A stretch of DNA of 64,000 nucleotides from an uncultured bacterium (lineage in GTDB: Bacteria > Zixibacteria > MSB-5A5 > UBA10806), in NCBI GenBank assembly GCA_965541585.1, contig CBEUCH010000002.1, positions 242,574 to 306,573 of the forward strand, in the 5' to 3' direction. Positions 21,360-32,132 of the stretch are shown here, one piece after another. The notes beneath the pieces are model-generated. The model had not been told where the DNA came from, ran no database searches, and saw nothing but the letters and a program-made list of their open reading frames with translations. The position numbers were made by a program, and so were the translations under genes. The first letter of the stretch is position 1. Every line of letters begins with the position of its first letter.

Positions 21360-22751
21360 ATGAATAGCAAAACTACAGATTTAGAGAGCACAATTTCGGG
21401 CGATGCGCCACTTCTTGGCGGTAAACATACGTTCGCCAGCCTGACGGAGAAAATCAGCAGCATCACCGAAAGAAAAACGCCTCCGGTCTGGTTCCTGGCA
21501 TTTGGAGTGGCGTTTTCGCTGCTTCTGGTTCTGTTCGGCTCAATTGGTTTTCTGTTCTGGGAAGGTATCGGCATCTGGGGTGTGAACAATCCGGTCGGCT
21601 GGGGCTGGGCGATAATTAATTTCGTCTGGTGGGTCGGAATCGGTCATGCCGGTACGCTCATATCAGCGATACTCTTCCTGTTAAGGCAACGCTGGCGCAC
21701 TTCCATAAACCGCTTCGCCGAGGCTATGACGTTATTTGCGGTTTCATGCGCCCTGATATTCCCGGCCATACACGTCGGTCGGGTATGGATTGTATACTAT
21801 ATATTTCCACTTCCCAATCAGATGGCTGTGTGGCCGAATTTTCGCTCGCCGCTTTTATGGGATGTCTTCGCGGTCGGTACCTATTTTATGGTCTCCTTCC
21901 TCTTCTGGTATACGGGTCTGATTCCGGACCTGGCTACTCTGAGAGACCGGGCCGTAACCAGAGTCAGGAAGATCATAATGGGAATATTGGCTCTTGGCTG
22001 GCGTGGCGGTAACCGTCAATGGAAACACTATGAACTTGCTTATCTGATATTGGCAGGAATATCGACGCCGCTCGTACTATCCGTTCATAGCGTGGTTAGC
22101 ACCGATTTTGCCGTTAGCATTTTGCCGGGTTGGCATACCACGATATTTCCGCCGTATTTCGTAGCCGGCGCGATATTTTCCGGATTCGCCATGGTTGTGG
22201 CTCTTTCGATAATAGCCCGCAAGATTTACTCACTGGATGATATAATCACCCTGGAGCATCTCGAAAAGATGAGCAAAATAATGCTGGTCACCGGCATGAT
22301 GGTCGGCTATGCCTATAGCGTAGAATTTTTTATTGCCTGGTACAGCGGTAATATCTACGAGCAGTTCGCATTTGTGAACCGGGCTTTCGGAAACTATGCC
22401 TGGGCCTATTGGCTGATGCTATGCTGCAATGTTCTGGTACCGCAGGTGTTCTGGATTAAGAGATGGCGTCGAAAGGTGGCAGTGATGCTTATAGCCAGTA
22501 TCCTGATCAATGTCGGTATGTGGTTCGAGAGGTTTGTTATCGTGGTGACATCGCTGTCGCGTGACTTCCTGCCCTCGAGCTGGGACTATTACTCCCCGAC
22601 GATCTGGGATATCAGCACTTTTGTCGGCTCATTCGGTCTGTTTTTCACGTTGTTTCTGCTGTTTATCAGGTTTTTGCCCATGATCTCGATGTCCGAGGTA
22701 AAAACGGTTCTGCCGGGGGCTAATCCGCATCAAATGAATATGGGACATTAA
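21360..22751 (+). CDS. actC: Alternative complex III quinol-oxidising membrane subunit (NrfD/PsrC family)
   Basis: [50 protein letters not shown] motifs. Confidence 0.95.
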   Translation: MNSKTTDLESTISGDAPLLGGKHTFASLTEKISSITERKTPPVWFLAFGVAFSLLLVLFGSIGFLFWEGIGIWGVNNPVGWGWAIINFVWWVGIGHAGTLISAILFLLRQRWRTSINRFAEAMTLFAVSCALIFPAIHVGRVWIVYYIFPLPNQMAVWPNFRSPLLWDVFAVGTYFMVSFLFWYTGLIPDLATLRDRAVTRVRKIIMGILALGWRGGNRQWKHYELAYLILAGISTPLVLSVHSVVSTDFAVSILPGWHTTIFPPYFVAGAIFSGFAMVVALSIIARKIYSLDDIITLEHLEKMSKIMLVTGMMVGYAYSVEFFIAWYSGNIYEQFAFVNRAFGNYAWAYWLMLCCNVLVPQVFWIKRWRRKVAVMLIASILINVGMWFERFVIVVTSLSRDFLPSSWDYYSPTIWDISTFVGSFGLFFTLFLLFIRFLPMISMSEVKTVLPGANPHQMNMGH

Positions 22752-23296
22752 TGGAAAATCCGAAGACAGATCAGGCCCTGGGGATGCTGGCCCGGTTTGA
22801 TAGCCCGGCCGAGCTGTTGCATTCGGCCGAAAAGGTCCGCGATGCCGGCTATAGGGAATTCGATTGCCATTCGCCATTCCCGATCCACGGGATGGACCGT
22901 GCGATGGGTCTTAAGCGTTCGCCCCTGGGCTGGATAGTCGGCCTATCCGCGCTGGTCGGCACCACGGGTGCCCTGGCGTTACAATGGTGGACGAGTTCCG
23001 TTGCTTACCCGGTGGTGATTTCCGGTAAACCGTTTTTCAGTTATCAGGCATATCTACCGGTTACTTTCGCCTTGGGCGTTCTTTTGTCCGCTTTTGTTGC
23101 CGTAATAGCCATGCTGGCATTTAATGGACTGCCAAGATTGAATCACCCACTCTTTAATTCGGATCAATTTGCGAAAGTTACCGATGATGGTTTCTTTATC
23201 AGCATCGATTCGGACGATCCATTGTTCGATCGAAAAGATACGAAAGCCTTGCTTAATTCGGTAGGTGGGAAAGATATCGAAATCATTGAGGAGTAA
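22751..23296 (+). CDS. actD: Alternative complex III subunit D (DUF3341)
   Basis: DCHSPFPIHGMD and GKPFFS motifs; two TM helices; operon position. Confidence 0.92.
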   Translation: MENPKTDQALGMLARFDSPAELLHSAEKVRDAGYREFDCHSPFPIHGMDRAMGLKRSPLGWIVGLSALVGTTGALALQWWTSSVAYPVVISGKPFFSYQAYLPVTFALGVLLSAFVAVIAMLAFNGLPRLNHPLFNSDQFAKVTDDGFFISIDSDDPLFDRKDTKALLNSVGGKDIEIIEE

Positions 23297-23928
23297 TGAG
23301 ACGACTTAGTACACATAGGAATTCTTATCTCTCGGCATCGATTGCGATCCTGCTCGGGTTCGTGCTTTTTGTCGGTTGTACCAGGCAGCGTCCTTCGGAG
23401 AAACCACCGTTGCATCTCAACCCTGATATGGACAGCCAGCCGAAATACAAGGCCCAGGCGGAGAGTGAATTTTTCGAGGACGGCGCTACCATGCGCACGC
23501 CGGTTGCAGGGACCGTGGCCCGGGGTGACCTGCGAGACGACGATATATTCTACAAAGGCAGACATGCCGATGGCAGATTTGCGGAAAAAGCGCCGGTGGA
23601 GGTCACAAGACAGCTTCTCAATCACGGCCGGGAGCGTTATGATATTTACTGCGCACCATGTCATAGCCGTGTCGGGGATGGGCGAGGTATAATGGTGACT
23701 CGCGGTTATGTTCCACCGCCCACATTCCATTCTGACAGAATCAGGGGAATGGCGGACGGCGAGATATTCGATGTTATCACGAATGGCGTACGAAATATGC
23801 CCTCCTATCGCCATCAGGTAAATCCACGGGATCGTTGGGCGATCATCATATACCTGCGCGCCCTTCAACGAAGTCGGGATGCGACAATCGATGATGTACC
23901 GGCAGAACTCAGGGAGTCTATCAAATAA
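23296..23928 (+). CDS. actE: Alternative complex III monoheme cytochrome c lipoprotein
   Basis: Lipobox FVGC; DMDSQPKYKAQ; GTVARG; single CAPCH. Confidence 0.92.
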   Translation: MRRLSTHRNSYLSASIAILLGFVLFVGCTRQRPSEKPPLHLNPDMDSQPKYKAQAESEFFEDGATMRTPVAGTVARGDLRDDDIFYKGRHADGRFAEKAPVEVTRQLLNHGRERYDIYCAPCHSRVGDGRGIMVTRGYVPPPTFHSDRIRGMADGEIFDVITNGVRNMPSYRHQVNPRDRWAIIIYLRALQRSRDATIDDVPAELRESIK

Positions 23929-23936
23929 AAGACGCT

Positions 23937-25121
23937 ATGAAATACGACTGCAAGACATACAGACTTGCCGATGGTGGAAATTTCAACAGGATCGCCCTCG
24001 CTATTGGCGTTGTCGGTATCGCTTTGAGTATAGTCGGATATATTGTCGATTCGGAACAGTTTATTCATTCCTATCTCACCGCTTTCATGTTCTGGGTCAC
24101 GATTGGCCTTGGTGGGATTTTCTTCGTCATGATTCACCATCTAACGAGCGCCACCTGGAGCGTTGTGCTGCGGCGTCTCGCAGAAAATATCATGATCGTT
24201 TTGCCTTTTATGGCTGTAATGGCCATTCCCCTGCTCATTGGAATTAAGGACTTATACCAATGGAGCAATTATGATATTGTAAAAGCCGATCACCTGCTCG
24301 AAGGCAAGTCGGTTTATTTGAATACTCAATTCTTCATTCTAAGAATGGCCGGTTATTTTGCCATCTGGTATTTATTGGCTCGATATCTTTATAAAACATC
24401 TTTGAATCAGGACAGGGGACATAGAGATGAATATTTCGCCAGGATGCGGAAAATCAGCGCGCCGGGAATGATCCTGTTTGCATTTACCATCACTCTCGCT
24501 TCTTTTGACTGGTTGATGTCGCTTGATGCCCACTGGTATTCGACGATATTTGGCGCCTATCTGTTTGCGGGAAGCGTGCTGGGATTTCTTGGATTTCTTA
24601 TCCTGATAGTAATGTATTTTAAAAGCAAGGATATATTATCTAAAGAAATAACAATCGAACATTACCACGACCTGGGCAAACTGACCTTTACCTTTATTAT
24701 CCTCTGGGGCTATATGGCGTTTTCTCAGTATTTCCTGATATGGTACGGCAATATCCCCGAGGAGACCTTCTGGTTTTTGCATAGATGGGAAGGTTCATGG
24801 AAGATTGTCACCTTGATGATAGTTTTTGGCCATTTCTGTATTCCGTTTTTTATCCTCTTCCCGAGAGGAACCAAGAGAAACCGGGGCGTGTTGACTGTGA
24901 TGGCGATCTGGATTCTGGGCATGCACTGGCTTGATTTATACTGGCTGGTAATGCCGTCGCTCCATAAAGACGGCGTGCATTTATCCTGGATGGATTTAAC
25001 GGCGATGCTGGGTATCGGGGGCATCTTTGTCTGGCTATTCTGGCGCAGGATGATCGCTCAGCCCCTGGTGCCGATCGGAGACCCGGGTTTGAATAGATCA
25101 ATTCGATTTGTTAATTCTTAG
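23937..25121 (+). CDS. actF: Alternative complex III membrane subunit F
   Basis: DWLMSLDAHWYSTIFG, HDLGK, SQYFLIWYGNIPEET motifs. Confidence 0.92.
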   Translation: MKYDCKTYRLADGGNFNRIALAIGVVGIALSIVGYIVDSEQFIHSYLTAFMFWVTIGLGGIFFVMIHHLTSATWSVVLRRLAENIMIVLPFMAVMAIPLLIGIKDLYQWSNYDIVKADHLLEGKSVYLNTQFFILRMAGYFAIWYLLARYLYKTSLNQDRGHRDEYFARMRKISAPGMILFAFTITLASFDWLMSLDAHWYSTIFGAYLFAGSVLGFLGFLILIVMYFKSKDILSKEITIEHYHDLGKLTFTFIILWGYMAFSQYFLIWYGNIPEETFWFLHRWEGSWKIVTLMIVFGHFCIPFFILFPRGTKRNRGVLTVMAIWILGMHWLDLYWLVMPSLHKDGVHLSWMDLTAMLGIGGIFVWLFWRRMIAQPLVPIGDPGLNRSIRFVNS

Positions 25122-25129
25122 AGATAGTT

Positions 25130-25489
25130 ATGGCTGAGAAAAATAGTACGAGAATCACAGAAGCTGATAATGCCGGCTATGAGAAGCGGGACGTCAGCGC
25201 TGTCAAGCTGATTGTTTTCGGCGGTTTAAGTTTAATCATTGTTGCAGTTATTTTAGTATTCCTTTACGAATATTTCACGGTGGCCTCCGGCAGGATGGTG
25301 GAGGAGATGGTGCTGAAACCGCAATCGGTAGCTTTGCGTGAACTGCGCGCCAGGGAAACCGAGGAGTTGAATAGCTATAAACTCCTGGATGCCGAGAGGG
25401 GGATTTATCGAATCCCCATCAGCCGGGCGATAGAACTTATGGCGGATGAGGCATACCGGCAGCGCCGTCAAGCATCCATAGGTGATTAG
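25130..25489 (+). CDS. ActG-like single-TM protein
   Basis: GYEKRDV, one TM helix, YRIPISRAIEL; sits between actF and SCO. Confidence 0.7.
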   Translation: MAEKNSTRITEADNAGYEKRDVSAVKLIVFGGLSLIIVAVILVFLYEYFTVASGRMVEEMVLKPQSVALRELRARETEELNSYKLLDAERGIYRIPISRAIELMADEAYRQRRQASIGD

Positions 25490-25507
25490 GATATTTATGA
25501 GTTCGTT

Positions 25508-26371
25508 ATGCCAAACTTAAGAGAAAATGCAGCATATCAGGTCCTCCTCATAATCGCCGTCATGCTTTTGTCAGGACGGTCTGGCATCATGGCTCAGATT
25601 GTGCAGGACGATCCGGAGGAATTGCGGGATATCGACGTGGAAGAGCATCTGAACGAATTTATCCCGCTTGACCTTCAGTTTACCGCCGATGACGGCAGCG
25701 CTGTTAAATTGGGAAAATACTTCATCGAGGATAGACCGGTGATTCTGATTATGGGCTATTACTCTTGCCCGATGCTTTGCAATTTGATAATGAACGGTGT
25801 CAGCGAAGGGGTCAGGCAGCTTGCCTGGCTGCCGGGAAAGGAATTTCAAATCGTCAGCGTCAGTATCGATCCCGTCGAAACCGAACTTCTGGCCTCCGCC
25901 AAGAAAGGCAATTATATAAAAACTATCGGCAAGCCAGGAATCGATAAAGGATGGGATTTTCTAACCGGACCGGAAGAACGATCGCGGGCATTGGCCGATG
26001 CGGTCGGCTTCAAATATTATTTCGACGAGGATCAGGATATGTATGCGCATCCGGCCGTACTGGTCGTCCTCACCGGTGATGGCAGGATTTCACGCTATCT
26101 ATACGGCATAGAATACAATGAGCGCGACCTGCGCCTTGCCCTGGTGGAAGCATCCGAGGGCAGAATAGGCAGCACGCTGGATAAGATCATTCTTTATTGT
26201 TATCACTACGACCCGGATGCGGGAAGCTATGTGATTTTCGCCGAAAATATCATGCGTCTTGGTGGGCTTATAACCCTGATCCTGCTGGCTATCTTGTTGA
26301 TTTCGCTCTGGTTGAAGGAACGTCGTAAGAGACGTAAAGCATCCGTTAGCGAAAAATCGAACCCGGGTTGA
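25508..26371 (+). CDS. SCO-family copper chaperone
   Basis: YYSCPMLC (CxxxC), YAHPA, ISRYLYG, C-terminal TM helix. Confidence 0.92.
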   Translation: MPNLRENAAYQVLLIIAVMLLSGRSGIMAQIVQDDPEELRDIDVEEHLNEFIPLDLQFTADDGSAVKLGKYFIEDRPVILIMGYYSCPMLCNLIMNGVSEGVRQLAWLPGKEFQIVSVSIDPVETELLASAKKGNYIKTIGKPGIDKGWDFLTGPEERSRALADAVGFKYYFDEDQDMYAHPAVLVVLTGDGRISRYLYGIEYNERDLRLALVEASEGRIGSTLDKIILYCYHYDPDAGSYVIFAENIMRLGGLITLILLAILLISLWLKERRKRRKASVSEKSNPG

Positions 26372-26394
26372 GGTAAGAAAAGAAGAAACAGATA

Positions 26395-27342
26395 ATGGAT
26401 ACAACCGGAACATTATTTATGCCGCCCGGCAGCTCGACAATCGCCGGCGAGGTCGATGCTCTTTTTTATTTTCTGGTTTATACCTCGATCGCGTTTTTCG
26501 CTATCGTGGTATTCGGCTTGGTTTTCTTCAGCCTGAAATACCGCCGGAGAAAAGACGAAGAGGCCTCAGTTACACCGGGAATCTCCCATAGCACAAAGCT
26601 GGAGCTTGTCTGGTCGATAATCCCGGCCATACTTGTCTGCATCGTTTTCTTCTGGGGTTTCAATGTATATCTCAAAATGAACGTGGTTCCCAAGGACGCC
26701 ATCGAGATCAAGGTTACCGGCCAGAAGTGGTTCTGGGCTTTTGATTATCCCGAGGGCATTAACACCGTAAATGAACTGGTCGTGCCGCTGGGCAAACCGG
26801 TCAAGCTGCTTTTGTCATCCCGGGATGTAATCCATAGCTTCTTCGTGCCGGATTTCAGGATTAAGATGGATGCCTTGCCGAATCGCTATACGATTACCTG
26901 GTTCGAGGCTACCCAATTGGGGAAGCATAATTTATTCTGCGCGGAATTTTGCGGCGATAAGCATTCGGAGATGATCGGCACCGTGAGAGTGGTTTCCGAG
27001 CGCGAATATGACGAGTGGCTTGAGACAGGACTCGAAACCGGCGACGACATGACCCTCCAGGAATACGGAGGCAGGCTTTTTGTATCGAGAGCCTGCAATA
27101 CATGCCATAGTGTGGAGGGGAAGAATTCGGTGGGACCGCATCTGGACGGCATTTTCGGCAAGCCGACAGAGCTGGCCGATGGAGGCACGGTTGAAATTGA
27201 TGAAAACTATATACGCGAGGCAATTCTAAACCCGCAGGCATCGGTTGTTGCCGGGTTCCAGCCGGTGATGCCGACTTATCAGGGCATATTGAAAGACCGC
27301 CAGATAGACGCCTTGATTGCGTATATAAAATCCTTGGAGTAG
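26395..27342 (+). CDS. coxB: Cytochrome c oxidase subunit II with fused cytochrome c (caa3 type)
   Basis: DVIHSF and [12 protein letters not shown]uA ligands; C-terminal CNTCH heme c. Confidence 0.96.
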   Translation: MDTTGTLFMPPGSSTIAGEVDALFYFLVYTSIAFFAIVVFGLVFFSLKYRRRKDEEASVTPGISHSTKLELVWSIIPAILVCIVFFWGFNVYLKMNVVPKDAIEIKVTGQKWFWAFDYPEGINTVNELVVPLGKPVKLLLSSRDVIHSFFVPDFRIKMDALPNRYTITWFEATQLGKHNLFCAEFCGDKHSEMIGTVRVVSEREYDEWLETGLETGDDMTLQEYGGRLFVSRACNTCHSVEGKNSVGPHLDGIFGKPTELADGGTVEIDENYIREAILNPQASVVAGFQPVMPTYQGILKDRQIDALIAYIKSLE

Positions 27343-27355
27343 ATGGGGATTTGTT

Positions 27356-28969
27356 ATGAACACAATTCCAGAAACAAATTACTTAAACGCCACCAGCGGG
27401 ATTAAATCGTGGATATTTACGCTGGATCATAAGCGGATCGGCGTTCTGTATTTATTCAGTATCATGACCGCATTTTTTATCGGCGGTATGTTTGCCATGG
27501 TGATTCGTCTTGAGCTGCTCGGGCCGGGCAAGGATTTCATAGATGCTCGCACTTATAACCAGGTGTTCACTCTTCATGGCGCGGTGATGATTTTTTTGTT
27601 TATCATTCCCTCGATACCGGCGGCTCTGGGTAATTTCCTCCTGCCGCAAATGATCGGCGCTAAGGATGTCGCCTTTCCTCGTCTGAACCTCGCCAGCTGG
27701 TGGATATATATACTCGGTTCGATTTTTGCGGTTTACTCTATAGCCGCCGGCTCGGTCGATACCGGCTGGACATTCTATACACCCTACAGTACGGAGACAA
27801 CCGGATCGGTTGTCGCCATGACGCTGGGGGTGTTTATTCTCGGTTTCTCCTCGATATTTACCGGCCTGAATTTCATAGTCACCATCCACAAGATGAGAGC
27901 GCCGGGCCAGACCTGGTTTAAGCTGCCGCTTTTTGTCTGGGGACTATACGCGACTGCAATCATCCAGGTGATAGCCACCCCCGTTCTGGCAATCACTTTG
28001 CTACTTTTAATCCTGGAGAGAGTAGCCGGTATCGGGATATTTGATCCGGCTCTGGGCGGCGATCCGGTATTATATCAGCATTTCTTCTGGTTCTATTCTC
28101 ATCCGGCTGTCTATATAATGATACTGCCGGGTATGGGTATTATCAGTGAATTGATCTCCACTTTTTCCCGCAAAAAGATTTTCGGCTACAAGGCAATTGC
28201 TTACTCGAGCCTGGCAATCGCCTTTATCAGCTTCCTGGTCTGGGGACATCATATGTTCGTCAGCGGCCAATCGCAATTGGCGGCGATGATTTTTTCGTTT
28301 CTAACTTTTCTGGTGGGTATCCCATCGGGGATTAAGGTATTCAACTGGCTGGCAACGTTGTACAGAGGCAGGATTAGTTTTGAAACTCCGATGCTGTATG
28401 CATTATCATTCTTGTTTCTTTTCACAATCGGCGGTCTGACCGGTATATTTCTCGGGGCACTGGCGACGGATGTTCATCTGCATGATACTTACTTCGTGGT
28501 AGCGCATTTTCATTATGTCATGGTCGGCGGTACCGTGATGGCTTTTTTAGGAGGAATCCATTACTGGTGGCCGAAAATCTGGGGCCGGATGTATAATGAG
28601 CGGTGGGCGAAAATAGCCGCGGCTTTCGTTTTTGTCGGCTTCAACATGACTTTTTTCACACAATTCATTCTTGGAACGAAGGGTATGCCGCGCCGCTATT
28701 ACAGCTACCTAGACCAATACCAGCCTCTCCACGGTTTTTCATCATTTGGCTCGTGGGTAATGGCGATCGGCTTTTTCATTATGGCGTTTTATCTTTTCCG
28801 TTCGATTTACAAAGGCCCCGTAGCCGGCAAAAATCCCTGGGGCGCGTTAACACTTGAGTGGGAGACAACGTCGCCACCTCAGACCGAAAATTTCGAAGAG
28901 ACGCCTGAGCTGCGGCATGGCCCATACGATTACGACAAAATAGTCCCGGAGAGGACATTCAACAGGTGA
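27356..28969 (+). CDS. coxA: Cytochrome c oxidase subunit I (A2 type)
   Basis: [21 protein letters not shown] (YS motif of A2 oxidases), [23 protein letters not shown]. Confidence 0.97.
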   Translation: MNTIPETNYLNATSGIKSWIFTLDHKRIGVLYLFSIMTAFFIGGMFAMVIRLELLGPGKDFIDARTYNQVFTLHGAVMIFLFIIPSIPAALGNFLLPQMIGAKDVAFPRLNLASWWIYILGSIFAVYSIAAGSVDTGWTFYTPYSTETTGSVVAMTLGVFILGFSSIFTGLNFIVTIHKMRAPGQTWFKLPLFVWGLYATAIIQVIATPVLAITLLLLILERVAGIGIFDPALGGDPVLYQHFFWFYSHPAVYIMILPGMGIISELISTFSRKKIFGYKAIAYSSLAIAFISFLVWGHHMFVSGQSQLAAMIFSFLTFLVGIPSGIKVFNWLATLYRGRISFETPMLYALSFLFLFTIGGLTGIFLGALATDVHLHDTYFVVAHFHYVMVGGTVMAFLGGIHYWWPKIWGRMYNERWAKIAAAFVFVGFNMTFFTQFILGTKGMPRRYYSYLDQYQPLHGFSSFGSWVMAIGFFIMAFYLFRSIYKGPVAGKNPWGALTLEWETTSPPQTENFEETPELRHGPYDYDKIVPERTFNR

Positions 28970-29619
28970 AGGATAATCACGCAATAAGACAACCGAAACA
29001 TCTGGCTCATCACTTCAGCGAGGTCGAGCAGCAACGCGAATCCGCCAAGATGGGCATGTGGCTATTCCTTCTCACGGAGATCCTGCTCTTCGGCGGATTG
29101 TTTGCGGCCTACACAATATACAGGGTCTGGCAACCCGATATGTTTTATAATGCTCATAAGCATCTGGATGTTTACATGGGCACATTAAACACGATTGTAT
29201 TAATCAGCAGTTCCGTCACAATGGCGCTGGCTATAAGGTCTATTCAACTGGATGCCAGAAGAAAGGCCATATATTTTCTCATCACTACCTTGATCCTCGC
29301 CGGAATATTCCTGGTTGTCAAGTATTTCGAATACAGCCATAAAATCCATTTAGGCCAGTTGCCGGGCAAGTACTACACGTATACGGGAATCGAGGGGGAT
29401 AATCCCCATATCTTTTTCAGCATATATTTTATGATGACGGGCCTGCACGGCATCCACGTGCTGGCCGGTATCGCCACCATAGGATGGGTGCTTCGCCGGA
29501 CTATTCGAGGGGAACTGACCTCGGATTACTATACGCCCATGGAGTTGACAGGGCTGTACTGGCATCTTGTCGATGTGATCTGGATATATCTATTTCCGCT
29601 ACTATACCTGATAGGATAA
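28966..29619 (+). CDS. coxC: Cytochrome c oxidase subunit III
   Basis: [34 protein letters not shown] motifs. Confidence 0.95.
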   Translation: MKDNHAIRQPKHLAHHFSEVEQQRESAKMGMWLFLLTEILLFGGLFAAYTIYRVWQPDMFYNAHKHLDVYMGTLNTIVLISSSVTMALAIRSIQLDARRKAIYFLITTLILAGIFLVVKYFEYSHKIHLGQLPGKYYTYTGIEGDNPHIFFSIYFMMTGLHGIHVLAGIATIGWVLRRTIRGELTSDYYTPMELTGLYWHLVDVIWIYLFPLLYLIG

Positions 29620-29623
29620 AATT

Positions 29624-30043
29624 ATGAGCGAACATTCATCAGCAGCGAAACATCACGTCATACCGCTAAGAATCTACCTGGCAGTAGGCATCGCTTTGAT
29701 AATATTGACAGCCGTTACGGTGCTCGTATCGACGATCAATCTCGGGGGCTGGAATGCGATCATCGCGGTCGGTATAGCTTCGGTTAAGGCAACACTGGTA
29801 GCTTTTATTTTTATGCACCTGTTATACGACAGGAAGATATACCTGGTCGTCTTTCTGGCTGCCATAACGTTTCTGACGGCTTTTATTGCCTTAACCATGT
29901 TCGATACGCTGAGCCGGGGGCAGATCCATTCAATAACCGAAAAGCCGATAAAAGGCAAAGCCGCAATGTATAGAGATAACGCGATAGATACACTCTCAAC
30001 GGAGGAAGATTCGCTCTCAGCCGATTCCGAGAATGAGCATTGA
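29624..30043 (+). CDS. coxD: Cytochrome c oxidase subunit IV
   Basis: Three TM helices with KATLVAFIFMHL motif. Confidence 0.88.
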   Translation: MSEHSSAAKHHVIPLRIYLAVGIALIILTAVTVLVSTINLGGWNAIIAVGIASVKATLVAFIFMHLLYDRKIYLVVFLAAITFLTAFIALTMFDTLSRGQIHSITEKPIKGKAAMYRDNAIDTLSTEEDSLSADSENEH

Positions 30044-30117
30044 CATTTTTGTTCTTGAGAATTGTCCGAGATTGATGATACAATTAGGAAATTAAATATA
30101 AAAGGACGGTAGCGGTA

Positions 30118-31047
30118 ATGAGAAATTTCAGAGTAATGGCAACAATCGCCACGCTGGCGACATATTTTGTGATTTTCATGGGAGGTTTGGTGCGTGTTTC
30201 CGGGGCAGGCCTGGGATGTCCCGACTGGCCAAAATGTTTTGGAAGCTGGATTCCGCCGTTGAGCCTCAGCCAGTTGCCGGCGGATATCGATCCCAATTTG
30301 TTCAATTTTACCCTGGCCTGGATCGAGTATATAAACAGGCTGTTTGGTGTCTCCGTCGGTATCCTCATAGCGATCGTCGCCGTCTGGGCGCTGGTCAAAT
30401 TCCGAAAGATTCCAAGGATAGTAATACCCTCCGCGTTGGCCGGTATTCTGGTTGCTTTTCAGGGTTGGCATGGCAGCCGCGTCGTGGCCTCCGAACTCGA
30501 ACCGTTGGTTGTTTCGGTGCACATGGCCCTGGCATTAATCATTGTCGGCTTGCTGATATATATATCCCAGCGGGCATACTATATTGAGCGCCCCGACACC
30601 GAAAGCAAATCTATCTATCCTCGAGGAATGAAAATATGGGTCGGGCTGCTCTGGGTGCTGGCCCTGATCCAGGTTGTATTCGGTACCCAATTCCGCGAGG
30701 CTATAGAAATCATTTCCAGGGGATTCCCTTTATTATCCGAGCAGGCCATAATTGGCCGGGTCGGGGCTATCAAGTATTTTCATCCGGCTTTTGGAATATT
30801 TATCGCTATAGCCTCGCTTGCCACAGCATACAGGCTCTTGTTTCGGAGCCGGAATCCATCATCGCTCAACTGGCAGTGTGCCTGGACTATGGCCGGGCTG
30901 GCGATTATTCAGCTTCTAATCGGCGCGGGGATGCTCTCGATCGGCATTCCGGCTGTTGCTCAGGTGCTTCATCTATGGGTGGCCAGCCTCATGATCGGTA
31001 TAATTCTCATTTCGTTTACTGCTCTCGGTCAAAAACAGGAGGCTTAG
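30118..31047 (+). CDS. ctaA: Heme A synthase (CtaA/COX15 family)
   Basis: GGLVRVSGAGLGCPDWPKC, EYINRL, VSVHM and VLHLW motifs; multiple TM helices. Confidence 0.9.
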   Translation: MRNFRVMATIATLATYFVIFMGGLVRVSGAGLGCPDWPKCFGSWIPPLSLSQLPADIDPNLFNFTLAWIEYINRLFGVSVGILIAIVAVWALVKFRKIPRIVIPSALAGILVAFQGWHGSRVVASELEPLVVSVHMALALIIVGLLIYISQRAYYIERPDTESKSIYPRGMKIWVGLLWVLALIQVVFGTQFREAIEIISRGFPLLSEQAIIGRVGAIKYFHPAFGIFIAIASLATAYRLLFRSRNPSSLNWQCAWTMAGLAIIQLLIGAGMLSIGIPAVAQVLHLWVASLMIGIILISFTALGQKQEA

Positions 31048-31656
31048 ATGGAATTTAAGAAACCATATCCCGGGATGCTGATGCTGGCGGTGATCGCCAT
31101 GTTAGTTCTGGGTTTAATCGCGATATTGGTGGTTAACCGGGCGGATCATTCACGGTCGCAGGTCCCGATCTTCGCCCAACTGTCGGATTTCGAGTTTACA
31201 GCAGCTCACTCGGGGCAACCATTTGGACTCCAACAGATGCAGGGGAAGCTCAATGTTGTTGATTTTATTTTCACGAGTTGTCCGAGTATCTGCCCCATAA
31301 TGGCCGTAAATATGTCCGAGCTGTACGAACTGTACAGGAATTCGGATAAAGTCCAATTCGTTTCGATCTCTGTCGATCCGGATCGCGATTCACTTGAAGC
31401 ATTGATCGAGTATGGCAGAAGCCTGGGAGTCGACGATAATCGATGGGTATTTCTGCGGGCGCCTGTCGAGCAGGTGATAGAAGTTTGCGAGGAGCAATTC
31501 ATGCTGGCCGCGGAGGCTCTGCCTATGGGCCACACGACAAAATTCATCCTGGTCGATCAACACGGGCGGATCCGCAGTTATCATGAAGGCCTGAAAAATG
31601 AGAGCATGCTCGCCCTTAAAAACAATATCAAACAATTAAGCCGTGAAATGCGATGA
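31048..31656 (+). CDS. Second SCO-family protein
   Basis: FIFTSCPSICP, SISVDPDRDS, GHTTKFILVD motifs. Confidence 0.92.
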   Translation: MEFKKPYPGMLMLAVIAMLVLGLIAILVVNRADHSRSQVPIFAQLSDFEFTAAHSGQPFGLQQMQGKLNVVDFIFTSCPSICPIMAVNMSELYELYRNSDKVQFVSISVDPDRDSLEALIEYGRSLGVDDNRWVFLRAPVEQVIEVCEEQFMLAAEALPMGHTTKFILVDQHGRIRSYHEGLKNESMLALKNNIKQLSREMR

Positions 31657-32066
31657 GTGCGGCCGATCTGCCGACTTTAAACGTGGCCCTGAATTTCATC
31701 AGCGCAATCTTTCTTCTTACAGGTTTTATTTTCATCAAGAGAAACAAGCCATCGATTCATAAAAGATTCATGTTGTTAACTTTGTTTACCTCGGCGCTGT
31801 TTCTGATATCCTATCTGGTGTATCATATAAATGTCGGCTCGGTTCCCTATCCCTACCATGATTGGACACGGCCGTTGTATTTTGCAATACTGATTCCGCA
31901 TGTGATCTTATCCGGAATAATGGTGCCATTTATTATCGCGGCAGTTCGATTTGCCTTAAAAGAGCAATTCGATAAGCATAGAAAGCTGGTCAGGTGGGTC
32001 TGGCCGGTCTGGATGTTTGTCTCTCTCAGCGGCATTATTATCTATCTGATGTTGTATAGACTCTAA
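31653..32066 (+). CDS. DUF420 membrane protein
   Basis: LPTLN..LN, HKRFML, LFLISYLVYH, ILIPH, HRKLVRW..PVWMFVS motifs; typical oxidase neighbour. Confidence 0.88.
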   Translation: MSAADLPTLNVALNFISAIFLLTGFIFIKRNKPSIHKRFMLLTLFTSALFLISYLVYHINVGSVPYPYHDWTRPLYFAILIPHVILSGIMVPFIIAAVRFALKEQFDKHRKLVRWVWPVWMFVSLSGIIIYLMLYRL

Positions 32067-32132
32067 GATATAAGTGTATTCCGTGCTCCGATTATCTTAA
32101 CGAGGAAGGTCAATAAGAAGATAAAGACCGCG

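Noticed and set aside
29674..30522. 282-aa minus-strand ORF
   Set aside because: Antisense shadow of coxD and ctaA, which have clear family motifs
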